NCBI GenBank assembly: GCA_965368975.1
Contig: CBDUPA010000004.1
Coordinates: 96,001 to 160,000, forward strand
Reading direction: 5' to 3'
DNA: 64,000 nucleotides
Source of the DNA: an uncultured bacterium
GTDB taxonomy: Bacteria > Acidobacteriota > Thermoanaerobaculia > Multivoradales > JAHZIX01
Shown here piece by piece: positions 55,276 through 64,000 of this stretch (positions are counted from its first letter, which is position 1; each line of letters starts with the position of its first letter). Below the pieces are notes generated by a model, which saw only the letters and a program-made list of their open reading frames with translations, searched no databases and was not told the DNA's origin. Made by a program: the position numbers and the translations under genes.

Positions 55276-56063
55276 TGCGAGTAACCCCTGCAGTGTGCGT
55301 CCTGGGAACCTTGCTGATGGTGTTCTGGCTTGTGCCGCCTGCCCAGGGTGCTTGGCTAGTCACCACTGGAGGTGAAGAGCTCGAGACCCGAGGAGACTGG
55401 CAAGAGCGTGGTCGGCTTATTGTCTTCACGCGCCCGGACGGAACGTTGGCGTCTATTCGCGCCTCGCTGATTGATCTTGAGCAGAGCCGTCGGCGAAACG
55501 AGACACCCGTACGAGAACCGAGGCCAGCGGCGGCGCCTGTCGAAGCGCGACAGGAGCCGATAGCGGTGCTGACGGACGAGAACCTACAGCTCTTCGGAGA
55601 TGGGGCTGGCGGGACTTTTAGTGCCGCAGACTCGCGGTCCGTGTCCACGCAAGAAGCTCTGGAGGTCGACGGAAGTGATCCAGCGGATCAGAATACTCGT
55701 TTGCCCAGCCCCGCAGGTCTCACAGTGGACGATTGGCGTTATCTGGAAAGTGACGCTGGGACCGAAGTTATCGGGGTTGTTCGCAACAATGGAGAAGACA
55801 TCTACGCTAATATAGAATTGCAAGTGTCGGTGTATGGAGTGGATGAGGAACTCATGACCACCCGTAATGCACGACTCGCAAACCCAATTCTGGCTCCGGG
55901 ACGTCAAAGCGAGTTCCGGTTGCCACTGCCGCAGACCTACGGGGTCGACCGGGCCGAGTTCAATCTCACCGGTGTTCCCTTCGAGGCTCGCCGACCCGAA
56001 GGTGAGGAACCAATAGGGGGTTCCACTGCGGCACCAACACAGCCCACGGGTGCTGGCCCTTAG
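55275..56063 (+). CDS. Exported protein with C-terminal FxLYD-like Ig-fold domain
   Basis: TGATG overlap with the pilY1 stop; signal peptide (AQG); VIGVVRNNG...VSVYG...LAPGRQSEF. Confidence 0.65.
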   Translation: MRVTPAVCVLGTLLMVFWLVPPAQGAWLVTTGGEELETRGDWQERGRLIVFTRPDGTLASIRASLIDLEQSRRRNETPVREPRPAAAPVEARQEPIAVLTDENLQLFGDGAGGTFSAADSRSVSTQEALEVDGSDPADQNTRLPSPAGLTVDDWRYLESDAGTEVIGVVRNNGEDIYANIELQVSVYGVDEELMTTRNARLANPILAPGRQSEFRLPLPQTYGVDRAEFNLTGVPFEARRPEGEEPIGGSTAAPTQPTGAGP

Positions 56064-56094
56064 GGGTCGGCCTTTGGGGAACCTGCTGTATTCC

Positions 56095-56122
56095 GGCCGG
56101 CGCTTGCGCCGGCCTCTTTTTT
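56095..56122 (+). terminator. Rho-independent terminator of the pilin operon
   Basis: GGCCGGCGC-TT-GCGCCGGCC followed by TCTTTTTT. Confidence 0.8.
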
Positions 56123-56271
56123 GGCGGTTGGACGACGGTCCAGCCCCCAAGAAAGAGGTTGCTTGTCAGAGGCCTGCGGAGCAGACCCCCTCGAGGCCAA
56201 GAAGCGCGGTTCTCCACCCGGTGCCGACCAGCCTCTCATCCCCAACTCCCTCGGCTGCGCCGTAGGGGCAT

Positions 56272-57394
56272 CTAGAACGGCTCGTCTTCGACGTCCGACT
56301 CTGCGATCAGCTGACCCTTCAGGAAACCCTCGATGAACGGCTGGATGCCACCGTCGAGAACCTTGTCGGTATCGCCTTCCTGGACGCCGGTGCGGTGGTC
56401 CTTGACCATGCGGTAGGGCTGCAGCACGTAGCTGCGGATCTGGCTGCCCCACGCGATCTCGCGCTTCTCGCCTTCGATCTTGTCTTGCTCGGCAGCGCGG
56501 CGGTCCATTTCGGCCTGGTAGAGCCGGGCTTTGAGCATCTTCATCGCGGTCGCGCGGTTCTTGAACTGGCTGCGCTCGGCCTGGCAGGAGACCACGATGT
56601 TGGTGGGCAAGTGAGTGATGCGGACGGCGGATTCGGTCTTGTTGACGTGCTGTCCGCCAGCGCCAGAGGCGCGGAAGGTATCGACGCGCAGTTCCTTGTC
56701 CAAGATCTCGATCTGCACATCGTCGTCGACCTCGGGGTAGACGTACACGGAGGCGAACGACGTATGACGCCGCTTGGCGGCATCGTAGGGGCTGATGCGG
56801 ACCAGGCGGTGGACGCCACTCTCGGACTTGAGGTAGCCGAAGGCGTTCTCGCCTTGGACGGCGAAGGTGGCGCTCTTGATGCCGGCTTCTTCGCCGTCTT
56901 GCCGGTCCATGAACTTGGTCTCGAAGCCTTCCTGCTCGGCGTAGCGTAGGTACATGCGCAGCAGCATCTCAGCCCAGTCTTGCGACTCGGTACCGCCGGC
57001 CCCGGAGTGGATGGTGACGATGGCGCTGCGGTGGTCGTCTTCCCCGGAGAGCTTGAGCTCCAGCTCCAGGCGCTCAGCGTCCTTTTCGACGCGCGACAGG
57101 AACTCGCGCATCGACTCGTCGGCTTCGCCTTCGGCCAGCAGCTCGCTCCATACCTGCAATTCTTCCTCGTCGTTGCGCAGCTGCTCGAGCGACTTCTGCC
57201 GCTTCTCGAGCTGGCTGCGTTCCTTCACCAGCGGTGCACTGACAGCGGGGTCGTCCCAGAAGTCCGGCTGCTGCATCTGCCGGTCGAGGTCGGTCAGCTT
57301 GTCGTCGAGGTCGAGCTCTTCAAAGGTACCCCCTTAGGGAGTGCAATTGCTTCCCCAACTCGCTGATCTTCTGCTGTGCGTCTCCGGCGAACAT
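56272..57394 (-). CDS. prfB: Peptide chain release factor 2 with programmed +1 frameshift
   Basis: ATG 57394 and 24 codons end in AGG GGG TAC CTT TGA; the +1 frame continues into GAGGTESQDWAEML, RISPYD and GAGGQHVN. Confidence 0.96.
57319..57334 (-). promoter_or_regulatory. RF2 frameshift cassette
   Basis: Minus strand AGGGGG-TAC-CTT-TGA-A (internal SD, slippery CUU-U, UGA). Confidence 0.92.
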
Positions 57395-57454
57395 GTCTAA
57401 GCCTCCTGCGGCTCTCGCTCCCTCGGTCTCGGGGTGCGCTTCTGAGTCTTCAAC

Positions 57455-59185
57455 CTAGGTTGTAGTTGGTTCGGCTGATTTGTTTGGTTCGGTTGATTTG
57501 CTTGGTTCGGTTGGCGTATCTGGTGCGGTCTGCGCGGGGGTGCGAGATGTCGCTGTGGTGATGGTCGGACCTCGGCCGGCGGATCCTGGACTATACATCA
57601 TCGTCAGGATGGCCAGAAGCCAACAGCTCGCTGGTACGAGCCAGGGGGCGCGGGTATAGGGGCTGAGTCCGCTGGCCGAGCGATCGGCGTCGACACGGGC
57701 CCGTAGCGTGCCTTCTTCACCGGCGTCCAGATGGTCGACGATACTGCCGTCGGCGCCGATCACGGCCGAGATGCCGGTGATGGCGGCGCGCAGCAGGGGC
57801 CGACGATTCTCTGCGGCGCGGAAGCGGGCGGCACGGAAGTGCTGGGGCAGCGCGGCCGAGTCGCCGTACCAGGCATCGTTGCTGATGGTGACCAGCACGT
57901 CGGCGCCAGCGCGCACCTGCGCTGCGACCTGTGCCGGAAAGATGGCTTCGTAACAGATCGCGACACCCAGATCACTCGTCTGGCCGGTGGCCGTGCGCCA
58001 GGGCAGCAATCTGGGGTCGTTACCGGCTCGAAAGTTGCCGGCCGAGCGGGCGATCTTGCCGATGAAGGGTAGGATCTTGGCGAAGGGCACGTACTCGCCG
58101 AAGGGCACCAGGTGTTGCTTGTCGTAGCGGTGCAAGCCGCCGTCCACATTCAGGAGATAGGCCGCGTTGAAGACGTCATCTCCATCGCCGTAGGCGTTGG
58201 AGTTCAGCAGCACACCGCACTCACGCTGGTGGGCCAGGCGGTCGAGAGCCTGCCGGAGCTGTGTTCGTCCTCCGGCCTGTGCCTCCAGCACATAGGGCCA
58301 GCCGGCACTCTCGGGCCAGATCAAAAGGGCGCCGGAGACGTCGCACGCTTGCTCGGACATGCGTAGCATCTTGGTCAGGTTCTGCCGCGCCTGCTGGGCG
58401 TCGTAGTGTTGCATGTTGGGGATGTTGGGCTGGAGCACGCGCACCGGCATGGTGTTTCGGGCCGGCCCAGCTGCATCCTGGAAGCGGCCCTCCTCGAGGG
58501 CGGGGTCCTGCAACGTGGGGGTCGCCCACCGTCCGCCCAGGACGAGTAGCAGCACCGGTATCAGCAGGCCGAAGCCGGCCAGGCCGGCTCTGGCCGAGAA
58601 CCTTGCGCCCGCGGCTCTCTCCTGCTTGCGGTCGTATGCGGACAGCAGAGCCAGGGCCAGGCCGGTGTTGACAAGTACCAGCAGGTACGAGACGCCGTAG
58701 CTGCCGATCCAGGCACTGAGTGGCAAGGCACCGGGTACGTCCTCCCAGGCGTAGGCGGCGAGGTTCCAGGGGAAGCCGCTGAGGAGCCAGGAACGCAGCC
58801 ATTCGGCGCTCACCCACCAGGCCGGGATACCGAGCCAGGCGACCCAACCGCCGCGCCTCCAGACACTCCAGGCGCCGAAGGCGAAGATCAGCTGGTAGCT
58901 ACCCAGGTACAGGGCGAGCAGCACCATCAGCAGCCACGACAGTGCGGGCGACAGGCCACCGAAGCTGCCCAGGGTGTGTGTGATCCATGGAATCCCGACT
59001 AGCCAGCCCACCGTCGCGTGCAGCCACACCAGGAGCACCGCCTGCCGCCGTGGCCGTCCGAGCAGGGCGAGCAGCGGCACGAGCGCCACCCAGGACAAGT
59101 ACGTGCCCGGCTGCTTGCCGAAGCACAAGCCCCAGAGGGCTCCACCGACAAGGGCGGTCAGCAACCAGGGGAGCGTGCGCTTCAC
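57455..59185 (-). CDS. lnt: Apolipoprotein N-acyltransferase
   Basis: GFPWN; WPES; YDKQHLVPFGEYVP; ICYEAIF; SNDAWY; RAAENRR. Confidence 0.95.
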   Translation of the reverse strand: MKRTLPWLLTALVGGALWGLCFGKQPGTYLSWVALVPLLALLGRPRRQAVLLVWLHATVGWLVGIPWITHTLGSFGGLSPALSWLLMVLLALYLGSYQLIFAFGAWSVWRRGGWVAWLGIPAWWVSAEWLRSWLLSGFPWNLAAYAWEDVPGALPLSAWIGSYGVSYLLVLVNTGLALALLSAYDRKQERAAGARFSARAGLAGFGLLIPVLLLVLGGRWATPTLQDPALEEGRFQDAAGPARNTMPVRVLQPNIPNMQHYDAQQARQNLTKMLRMSEQACDVSGALLIWPESAGWPYVLEAQAGGRTQLRQALDRLAHQRECGVLLNSNAYGDGDDVFNAAYLLNVDGGLHRYDKQHLVPFGEYVPFAKILPFIGKIARSAGNFRAGNDPRLLPWRTATGQTSDLGVAICYEAIFPAQVAAQVRAGADVLVTISNDAWYGDSAALPQHFRAARFRAAENRRPLLRAAITGISAVIGADGSIVDHLDAGEEGTLRARVDADRSASGLSPYTRAPWLVPASCWLLAILTMMYSPGSAGRGPTITTATSRTPAQTAPDTPTEPSKSTEPNKSAEPTTT

Positions 59186-59202
59186 GATGGGGGGGCTGGA
59201 GG

Positions 59203-59898
59203 CTACTGGGACGAGGTGATCCAGGTGTCGAGACGGAAGGTCACCTTGACCCGCTCGGCGATGCGTTCCGCGTCGCTACGGTCGATGAAGGGGCCGATGC
59301 GTACCCGGTACATGGTGCGATCGTCCACTTCCACGGGCGACAGGAAGGCACTGTAGCCCTTGTCGTTGAGCCGCCGACGTACCTTCTGGGCTTGTTCCTG
59401 GTCGGGGCTCGAGAACACCTGGATGAACAGCTCGTCCCCGGTTGGTGGTGGCGGAGGCCGGCGAGCAGTGGTGCGTGGCAAGGTTGCTGGTGGTTCTACG
59501 GCAGGCTCCACAGCTGGCTCCACGGGTGGTGGTGCTACGGCTGGGCTCGTCTCCTGTGTGGGCTGCGCCGGGGTGGTAGGTTCCGCGACAGGCTCCGGTT
59601 GTGGAGAGGGTGGTGGCGGTTCGATCCGGCGTGGTGGCGGAGGTGGTGGGGCGGTGGTCTCGCCTGCGCCTTCGCTCTCGGGCTCGAAGAAGCTGAACTG
59701 CTCCAGTGGGTCCTCTTCCTGGCTCGCCGGTTCGGCCGCGGCAGTCTGCGGCGGCGGCGGGGACACGCTGTCGCGGCCGATCCACAGGCCGGCGAAGAAG
59801 GCGGCCAGAAGACAGCCCAGCAGCAGCAGGAAAGCCGCCATCACCTGGCGGCTCGTCAAAGCGACTTCGTAATAACTCGGTTCGTCGTGCTCGCTCAC
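59203..59898 (-). CDS. SPOR-domain cell division protein (FtsN/DedD-like)
   Basis: TM helix, Pro-rich linker, IQVFSS...YRVRIGPF. Likely GTG start at 59898, 7 nt after TATACT. Confidence 0.85.
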   Translation of the reverse strand: MSEHDEPSYYEVALTSRQVMAAFLLLLGCLLAAFFAGLWIGRDSVSPPPPQTAAAEPASQEEDPLEQFSFFEPESEGAGETTAPPPPPPRRIEPPPPSPQPEPVAEPTTPAQPTQETSPAVAPPPVEPAVEPAVEPPATLPRTTARRPPPPPTGDELFIQVFSSPDQEQAQKVRRRLNDKGYSAFLSPVEVDDRTMYRVRIGPFIDRSDAERIAERVKVTFRLDTWITSSQ

Positions 59899-59959
59899 GC
59901 GGCCCAGTATAGCCGGCAGGGTAGCCAATAGTCACGGCCTGACCCTGGTGGTTCGATAC

Positions 59960-61156
59960 CTACGACTCGGAGGGGACGTTCTCCGAGACGGGAGCCTCGA
60001 CGACCGGGAGCTTGGGCAGCGGTGGCAGCGGTTCCATTCTCTGCACTACCACCAGGCTGACATCGTCGCGTAGCGGTTCGTTGCCCATGTATCCATGAAA
60101 GGCGTCGACCAGACCGCGGTGGGCTTGGTCCGCAGTGACGCTGGCGGCCAGGATGTGCCGCAGGCGCTCGAAGCCGAAGTCGTCCTGGCCCGGGTCGACG
60201 GTGGCTTCCGGCAGGCCATCGGTGTAGAGCAGGAGCAGGTCGCCGGGAAGCAGGCGGGTCGAACCGGTGGTCAGCTGGAGTTCCTTGCGCACGCCCAGCG
60301 GCAGCGCGCCGCGCCCCAACTCCTCGACCTCGCCGCTGGTTGCGCGTCGCACCATCGGGAAGGGATGGCCGGCACTCACGAAATCGAGGGTGCCGTGTTC
60401 TGGGTCGAGAAGGCCGTAGAAGAGCGTCACGAAGGAGCGGCGATCGCTGGTGCGTACCAACGCCCTGTTGACCAGCTCGACCACTTTCAGTGGTTCGGGA
60501 TCGAGGTCGATGCCGAGCTTCAGCGTGGCGTTGGTGATCGCCATCAGTAGCCCGGCCGCCATGCCGTGACCGCTGGCGTCAGCGATCACCAGTGCCCAGC
60601 GGCCATCGTCGAGGGGGAGGAAGTCGTAGTAGTCGCCGCCGATGTCGTTGGCGGTGCGGTAGGAGTGTTCGAAGACGTAGCCGGAGATGGGAGGGGAGTG
60701 CTGCGGTAGCAGCTGACGCTGCAACTGCCGTGCGACCTCGATCTCGTCGCGCACGTGGACGCGGTCCACGAGTTCGAGCGATAGCAGGAAGAGCAGGCCG
60801 GAGATGCTGATCATGTACCAGATGGGCGAAAAGTCGATCCTGATGCCGGAGCTCAGCTCCGCCACCTGCACAAAGATGAAACCGCAGGCTGCCGCCGCCA
60901 GAGACAGCACAAAGAGCATGCGTCGTGCGGGTGTCAGCTTGAACGATAGGCCAAGGAACACCAGCTTGACGCGGTGGAAGAAGCGCTGCACGGGCTCTTG
61001 CGGCTCGGGCTGCTGCTGTTCGCGGGTGAGCACCGCGTAGACGTGTGAGACGTCGCGATTGAACAGGCGGCGCAAATCGTGACTGTCGAAGCCATCTGTG
61101 TAGGCGCTCAGAAAGCTCTGGGAGTCTTGCGCCAATTTTCGTAGTCTGCGGGCCAT
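59960..61156 (-). CDS. Membrane-anchored PP2C/SpoIIE (RsbU-like) phosphatase
   Basis: ARQLQRQLLP; GGDYYD; IADASGHG; AGHP; YTDGLPE; DDVS. Confidence 0.92.
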   Translation of the reverse strand: MARRLRKLAQDSQSFLSAYTDGFDSHDLRRLFNRDVSHVYAVLTREQQQPEPQEPVQRFFHRVKLVFLGLSFKLTPARRMLFVLSLAAAACGFIFVQVAELSSGIRIDFSPIWYMISISGLLFLLSLELVDRVHVRDEIEVARQLQRQLLPQHSPPISGYVFEHSYRTANDIGGDYYDFLPLDDGRWALVIADASGHGMAAGLLMAITNATLKLGIDLDPEPLKVVELVNRALVRTSDRRSFVTLFYGLLDPEHGTLDFVSAGHPFPMVRRATSGEVEELGRGALPLGVRKELQLTTGSTRLLPGDLLLLYTDGLPEATVDPGQDDFGFERLRHILAASVTADQAHRGLVDAFHGYMGNEPLRDDVSLVVVQRMEPLPPLPKLPVVEAPVSENVPSES

Positions 61157-61175
61157 AGATCGTCCCTGGCGCGGC

Positions 61176-61982
61176 TCAGCCGTAACCGAGTTCCGTGCGC
61201 GGTGGTGGATCAGTACTGGGGCGTGGCCGGTACAGACCGGCCCACTGCAAGCTGAGCAGGGTCAGATAGAGCGGGTTGAGCAGGAGGTAGCGGCGCCACA
61301 GCCGGCGTGGCTCCTGCAGCAGGCGGAACAGCCATTCCAGGCCACGCTTCTGCCAGCCGGAAGGGGCCTGTGGCAAGCGCCCGGCGTGGAAGTCGAAAGC
61401 GGCGCCGACGGCGAGCAGCGGCATGCGCAGGCGGTCGCGGTACTCGAACACCCAGGTCTCTTGACGCGGACAGCCGAGTCCGACCAGCACCAGGGCCGCG
61501 CCGCTGTCGCGGATCTGCCGCACGATGTCGTCGCGCTCGTCGGCGCTGGTGCGGCGGAAGCGCGACGGTTGCTTGCCGGCCAGGCGCAGGCCGGGGATGC
61601 GAGCGGTCAGGTTGGCAGCCAGGTCGTCGAGCACTGCCTGCCGGCTACCGTAGAGGTAGACCGGCAGTGCCTCTGCTGCTGCGGCGGCGCACACTTCGAG
61701 CGTCAAGGCCGGGCCGTAGACGCGATCCGGCAAGTCTGCGCCGTGTAGACGCTGCAGTGCCCAGCGCACCGGCTGACCGTCCGGTACCACCAGGTCGAGG
61801 TGGTTCAGGCGATAGCGTTGCTCATGGTCGAGCACGCCGGTCATCACGCCGTGCACCGCCAGGGCCGTCAGTGCCAGTGGCCGCCGCTCTTGCGCCGCCG
61901 CCATCACGCGCGCCACTGCCGCCTCGTAGTCGACCGCGTCGACGCCAATGCCGAGCACGTCGTGACGGCCGAGGTCGATCAC
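61176..61982 (-). CDS. WecB/TagA/CpsF family glycosyltransferase
   Basis: PDGQPV; RVYGP; GLGCPRQE; [10 protein letters not shown]; [19 protein letters not shown]. Confidence 0.93.
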   Translation of the reverse strand: MIDLGRHDVLGIGVDAVDYEAAVARVMAAAQERRPLALTALAVHGVMTGVLDHEQRYRLNHLDLVVPDGQPVRWALQRLHGADLPDRVYGPALTLEVCAAAAAEALPVYLYGSRQAVLDDLAANLTARIPGLRLAGKQPSRFRRTSADERDDIVRQIRDSGAALVLVGLGCPRQETWVFEYRDRLRMPLLAVGAAFDFHAGRLPQAPSGWQKRGLEWLFRLLQEPRRLWRRYLLLNPLYLTLLSLQWAGLYRPRPSTDPPPRTELGYG

Positions 61983-63130
61983 GCCGCGTCTCCCTCAGGT
62001 TGCGGGGGCGGTGCGCCCTGCTGCCGCTCGCTGTGCCCTCTTTCCGCGTGCCATCTTTCCGCGTTGTGCTCATAGATCTGGCGCAGGATGGCCGGTACGT
62101 CGAAAGTCAGCTGCCAGTTTGGATAGTGTGTCTCGAACTTGCCGTTGTCGCTGATCCACCAGATGTGATCTCCGACGCGGTTGTCCTCCGCGTAGCCGTG
62201 GCGCAGCTCGCGGCCGGTGATGTCTTGGCACAGCTCGATCGCCTCGCGCATCGAGCAGTTGCTAAAACGGCCGCCGCCGATGTTGTAGACCTCGCCGCGC
62301 GGTGCTTCTCCGCGTCCACCATGGCACGCTCGGAAGACGGCGTCGAAGGCACGCACCAGGTCGTAGCTGTGGATGTTGTCGCGCACTTGCTTGCCTTGGT
62401 AGCCGTAGACCGTGTAGGGCGCGCCGGTCACCGTGCAGCGCATCAGGTAGGCCAGGAAACCGTGCAGCTGTGTGCCGCTGTGATTCGGCCCGGTAAGGCA
62501 GCCGCCGCGGAAGCAGGCGGTGTGCAGGTCGAAGTAGCGCCCATATTCCTGTACGAGAACGTCGGCCGCTAGTTTGGACACGCCGAACAGACTGTGCAGG
62601 CTCTGGTCGATCGGCATCTCTTCACTGATGCCGCCAGCGAAGCGGTGATCCGCCGCGATCTCCCAGCGCGTCTCCTGCTCGACGAGTGGCAGGCGGTTGG
62701 GCGTGTCGCCGTAGACCTTGTTGGTCGAGGTGAAGAGGAAGACCGCGCGCGGGCAATGGCGGCGCACGGCTTCGAGCAGGTTCAACGTGCCCACCGCGTT
62801 GACGCCGAAGTCGGTGTGCGGTTCCTTGGCGGCCCAATCGTGCGATGGCTGCGCCGCCGTGTGGATCACCAACTCGATGGCACTGCCACATTCGCCCAGC
62901 AAGCGATGCAGCGCATCGATGTCGCGGATGTCCAGGTCGGCGTGACGGTAGCGGCGGCCGAGTCGTTGCTGCAGGCGCTGGCGATTCCAAGCGGTCGAGG
63001 CTTCATCGCCGAAGAACACCCGGCGCAGGTCGTTGTCGATGCCGACCACGTCGAGCCCCTGCTCGGCGAAGTACACCGCGGCTTCAGAGCCAATGAGTCC
63101 GGCCGAGCCGGTGATGAGGACGATCGCCAT
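61979..63130 (-). CDS. NAD-dependent epimerase/dehydratase (CDP-paratose 2-epimerase/RfbE-like)
   Basis: TGSAGLIG; HTAAQPSHD; STNKVYGD; GKQVRD; YNIGGG. Confidence 0.9.
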   Translation of the reverse strand: MAIVLITGSAGLIGSEAAVYFAEQGLDVVGIDNDLRRVFFGDEASTAWNRQRLQQRLGRRYRHADLDIRDIDALHRLLGECGSAIELVIHTAAQPSHDWAAKEPHTDFGVNAVGTLNLLEAVRRHCPRAVFLFTSTNKVYGDTPNRLPLVEQETRWEIAADHRFAGGISEEMPIDQSLHSLFGVSKLAADVLVQEYGRYFDLHTACFRGGCLTGPNHSGTQLHGFLAYLMRCTVTGAPYTVYGYQGKQVRDNIHSYDLVRAFDAVFRACHGGRGEAPRGEVYNIGGGRFSNCSMREAIELCQDITGRELRHGYAEDNRVGDHIWWISDNGKFETHYPNWQLTFDVPAILRQIYEHNAERWHAERGHSERQQGAPPPQPEGDAA

Positions 63131-63139
63131 CGCGCGTCC

Positions 63140-64000
63140 TCAATTCCCCTGCCTTGCGGCGCCCACATCGGGACGCAGCACGCCAGACTCGGGAGGTGGT
63201 GCCGTCATCGGTGTTCGCGTAGGCTGCTGTCGTAGCAGTTCCGGCCACGGGCGCGATGTCGGTTGCAGCCGGCGCAGGCTGTAGGTGCCGTCGACGAAGG
63301 CGAAGAAGCCCCAGGCGCTGCGCTCGGGGAAGTGCCGCTGCCAGAACTCGAGTGCAGCGCGGAACTCCTGCGCATTCTTGGGGCCGGCGGCGAAGACGAC
63401 TGGATCCGGGCAGGGGCGCGCGGGGTCCAGGCAGGCGGGCGACGGTGGCGGTGCATAGTAGGCCCAAGAGACGTGATTCTGTGGGTGCACCATGAAGTAG
63501 GTGAAGATCAGCGCTGGTTCGCTGCTGTGTCCGTCCTGAGACTGTCCGTCGCGCGCGTTCCGCACCTGTTGCAGGTGCAGCTGCTGGTAGACCGTGCGCC
63601 ACGTCCGAACCGAGTGACCGATCTCGCTCACGTTCACCGGCAGGAAGCTCAGGCACGCCACCAGCGTTCCAGCCAGCGCTGTCGCCACAGTCGCGCGTCG
63701 ACCCCACGGCAGCGCGGCACTTTCCAACCAACGGCCCAAGCGCATCAAGGCAGCGGCCGTTGCCAGCGCCAGCAGCGGGACGATCTCGGCGAGGTAGATC
63801 GGCCCCGTCGTCGCCACCACCGTCTTCGGTACCAGCACACGGTAGCCGTAGTCGGCTAGGATCAGGCCCCAAAAAGCCCACAGGTACCAACCTCGTCCGT
63901 CTGAGCGCAAGCGGGCAAAGGGCACGAAGAGCAGCGACAATGGCCAGCCGAAGAGCCAGAAGTTCTGCCGCAAGAGACCCCCGCCGACGGAGACCGCCAT
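63140..64000 (-). CDS. C-terminal part of a polytopic membrane protein (possibly GT-C-like), 5'-truncated by the window
   Basis: Open frame to the window edge; several TM helices (WLFGWPLSLLF; GPIYLAEIVPLLAL) then a soluble tail; upstream of glycan genes. Confidence 0.55.
   Translation of the reverse strand: MAVSVGGGLLRQNFWLFGWPLSLLFVPFARLRSDGRGWYLWAFWGLILADYGYRVLVPKTVVATTGPIYLAEIVPLLALATAAALMRLGRWLESAALPWGRRATVATALAGTLVACLSFLPVNVSEIGHSVRTWRTVYQQLHLQQVRNARDGQSQDGHSSEPALIFTYFMVHPQNHVSWAYYAPPPSPACLDPARPCPDPVVFAAGPKNAQEFRAALEFWQRHFPERSAWGFFAFVDGTYSLRRLQPTSRPWPELLRQQPTRTPMTAPPPESGVLRPDVGAARQGN

Noticed and set aside
1-64000. CRISPR arrays, tRNA/rRNA, transposases, integrases, prophage genes
   Set aside because: None recognised. 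The only tandem repeats seen are short in-frame coding repeats without spacers.

Overview
High-GC, gene-dense bacterial chromosome segment. Gene content and synteny suggest Acidobacteriota or a deltaproteobacteria-like organism (inference). In order: (1) the end of a PilNOP / TPR-secretin-cohesin / pseudopilin operon of T2SS-like type (1-6568); (2) a convergent ~14.8-kb, largely translationally coupled redox operon on the minus strand: hemerythrin, intact 2-oxoacid:ferredoxin oxidoreductase alpha/beta, an 844-aa degenerate PFOR-beta-plus-ferredoxin protein, rnfB, a 1249-aa PFOR homologue lacking its catalytic motifs, then rnfCDGEA; (3) ACP, DUF374 acyltransferase, mfd and two PPIases; (4) a CzcCBA-type efflux operon with a structured, partly TPP-riboswitch-like leader; (5) tandem XRE regulators with an orphan thioesterase II/PPTase pair; (6) a Thr-type 'sulfatase' and a TMTC-like glycosyltransferase next to pilD, a PilS-like kinase and a sigma54-type fimT-pilVWX-pilY1 cassette; (7) frameshifted prfB, lnt, SPOR, PP2C and surface-glycan genes. 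The best candidate for an undescribed system is the Rnf-OFOR operon with two PFOR-derived pseudo-enzyme Fe-S subunits. No rRNA, tRNA, CRISPR array or mobile element was recognised. All calls come from reading motifs by eye; no searches or folding programs were run.
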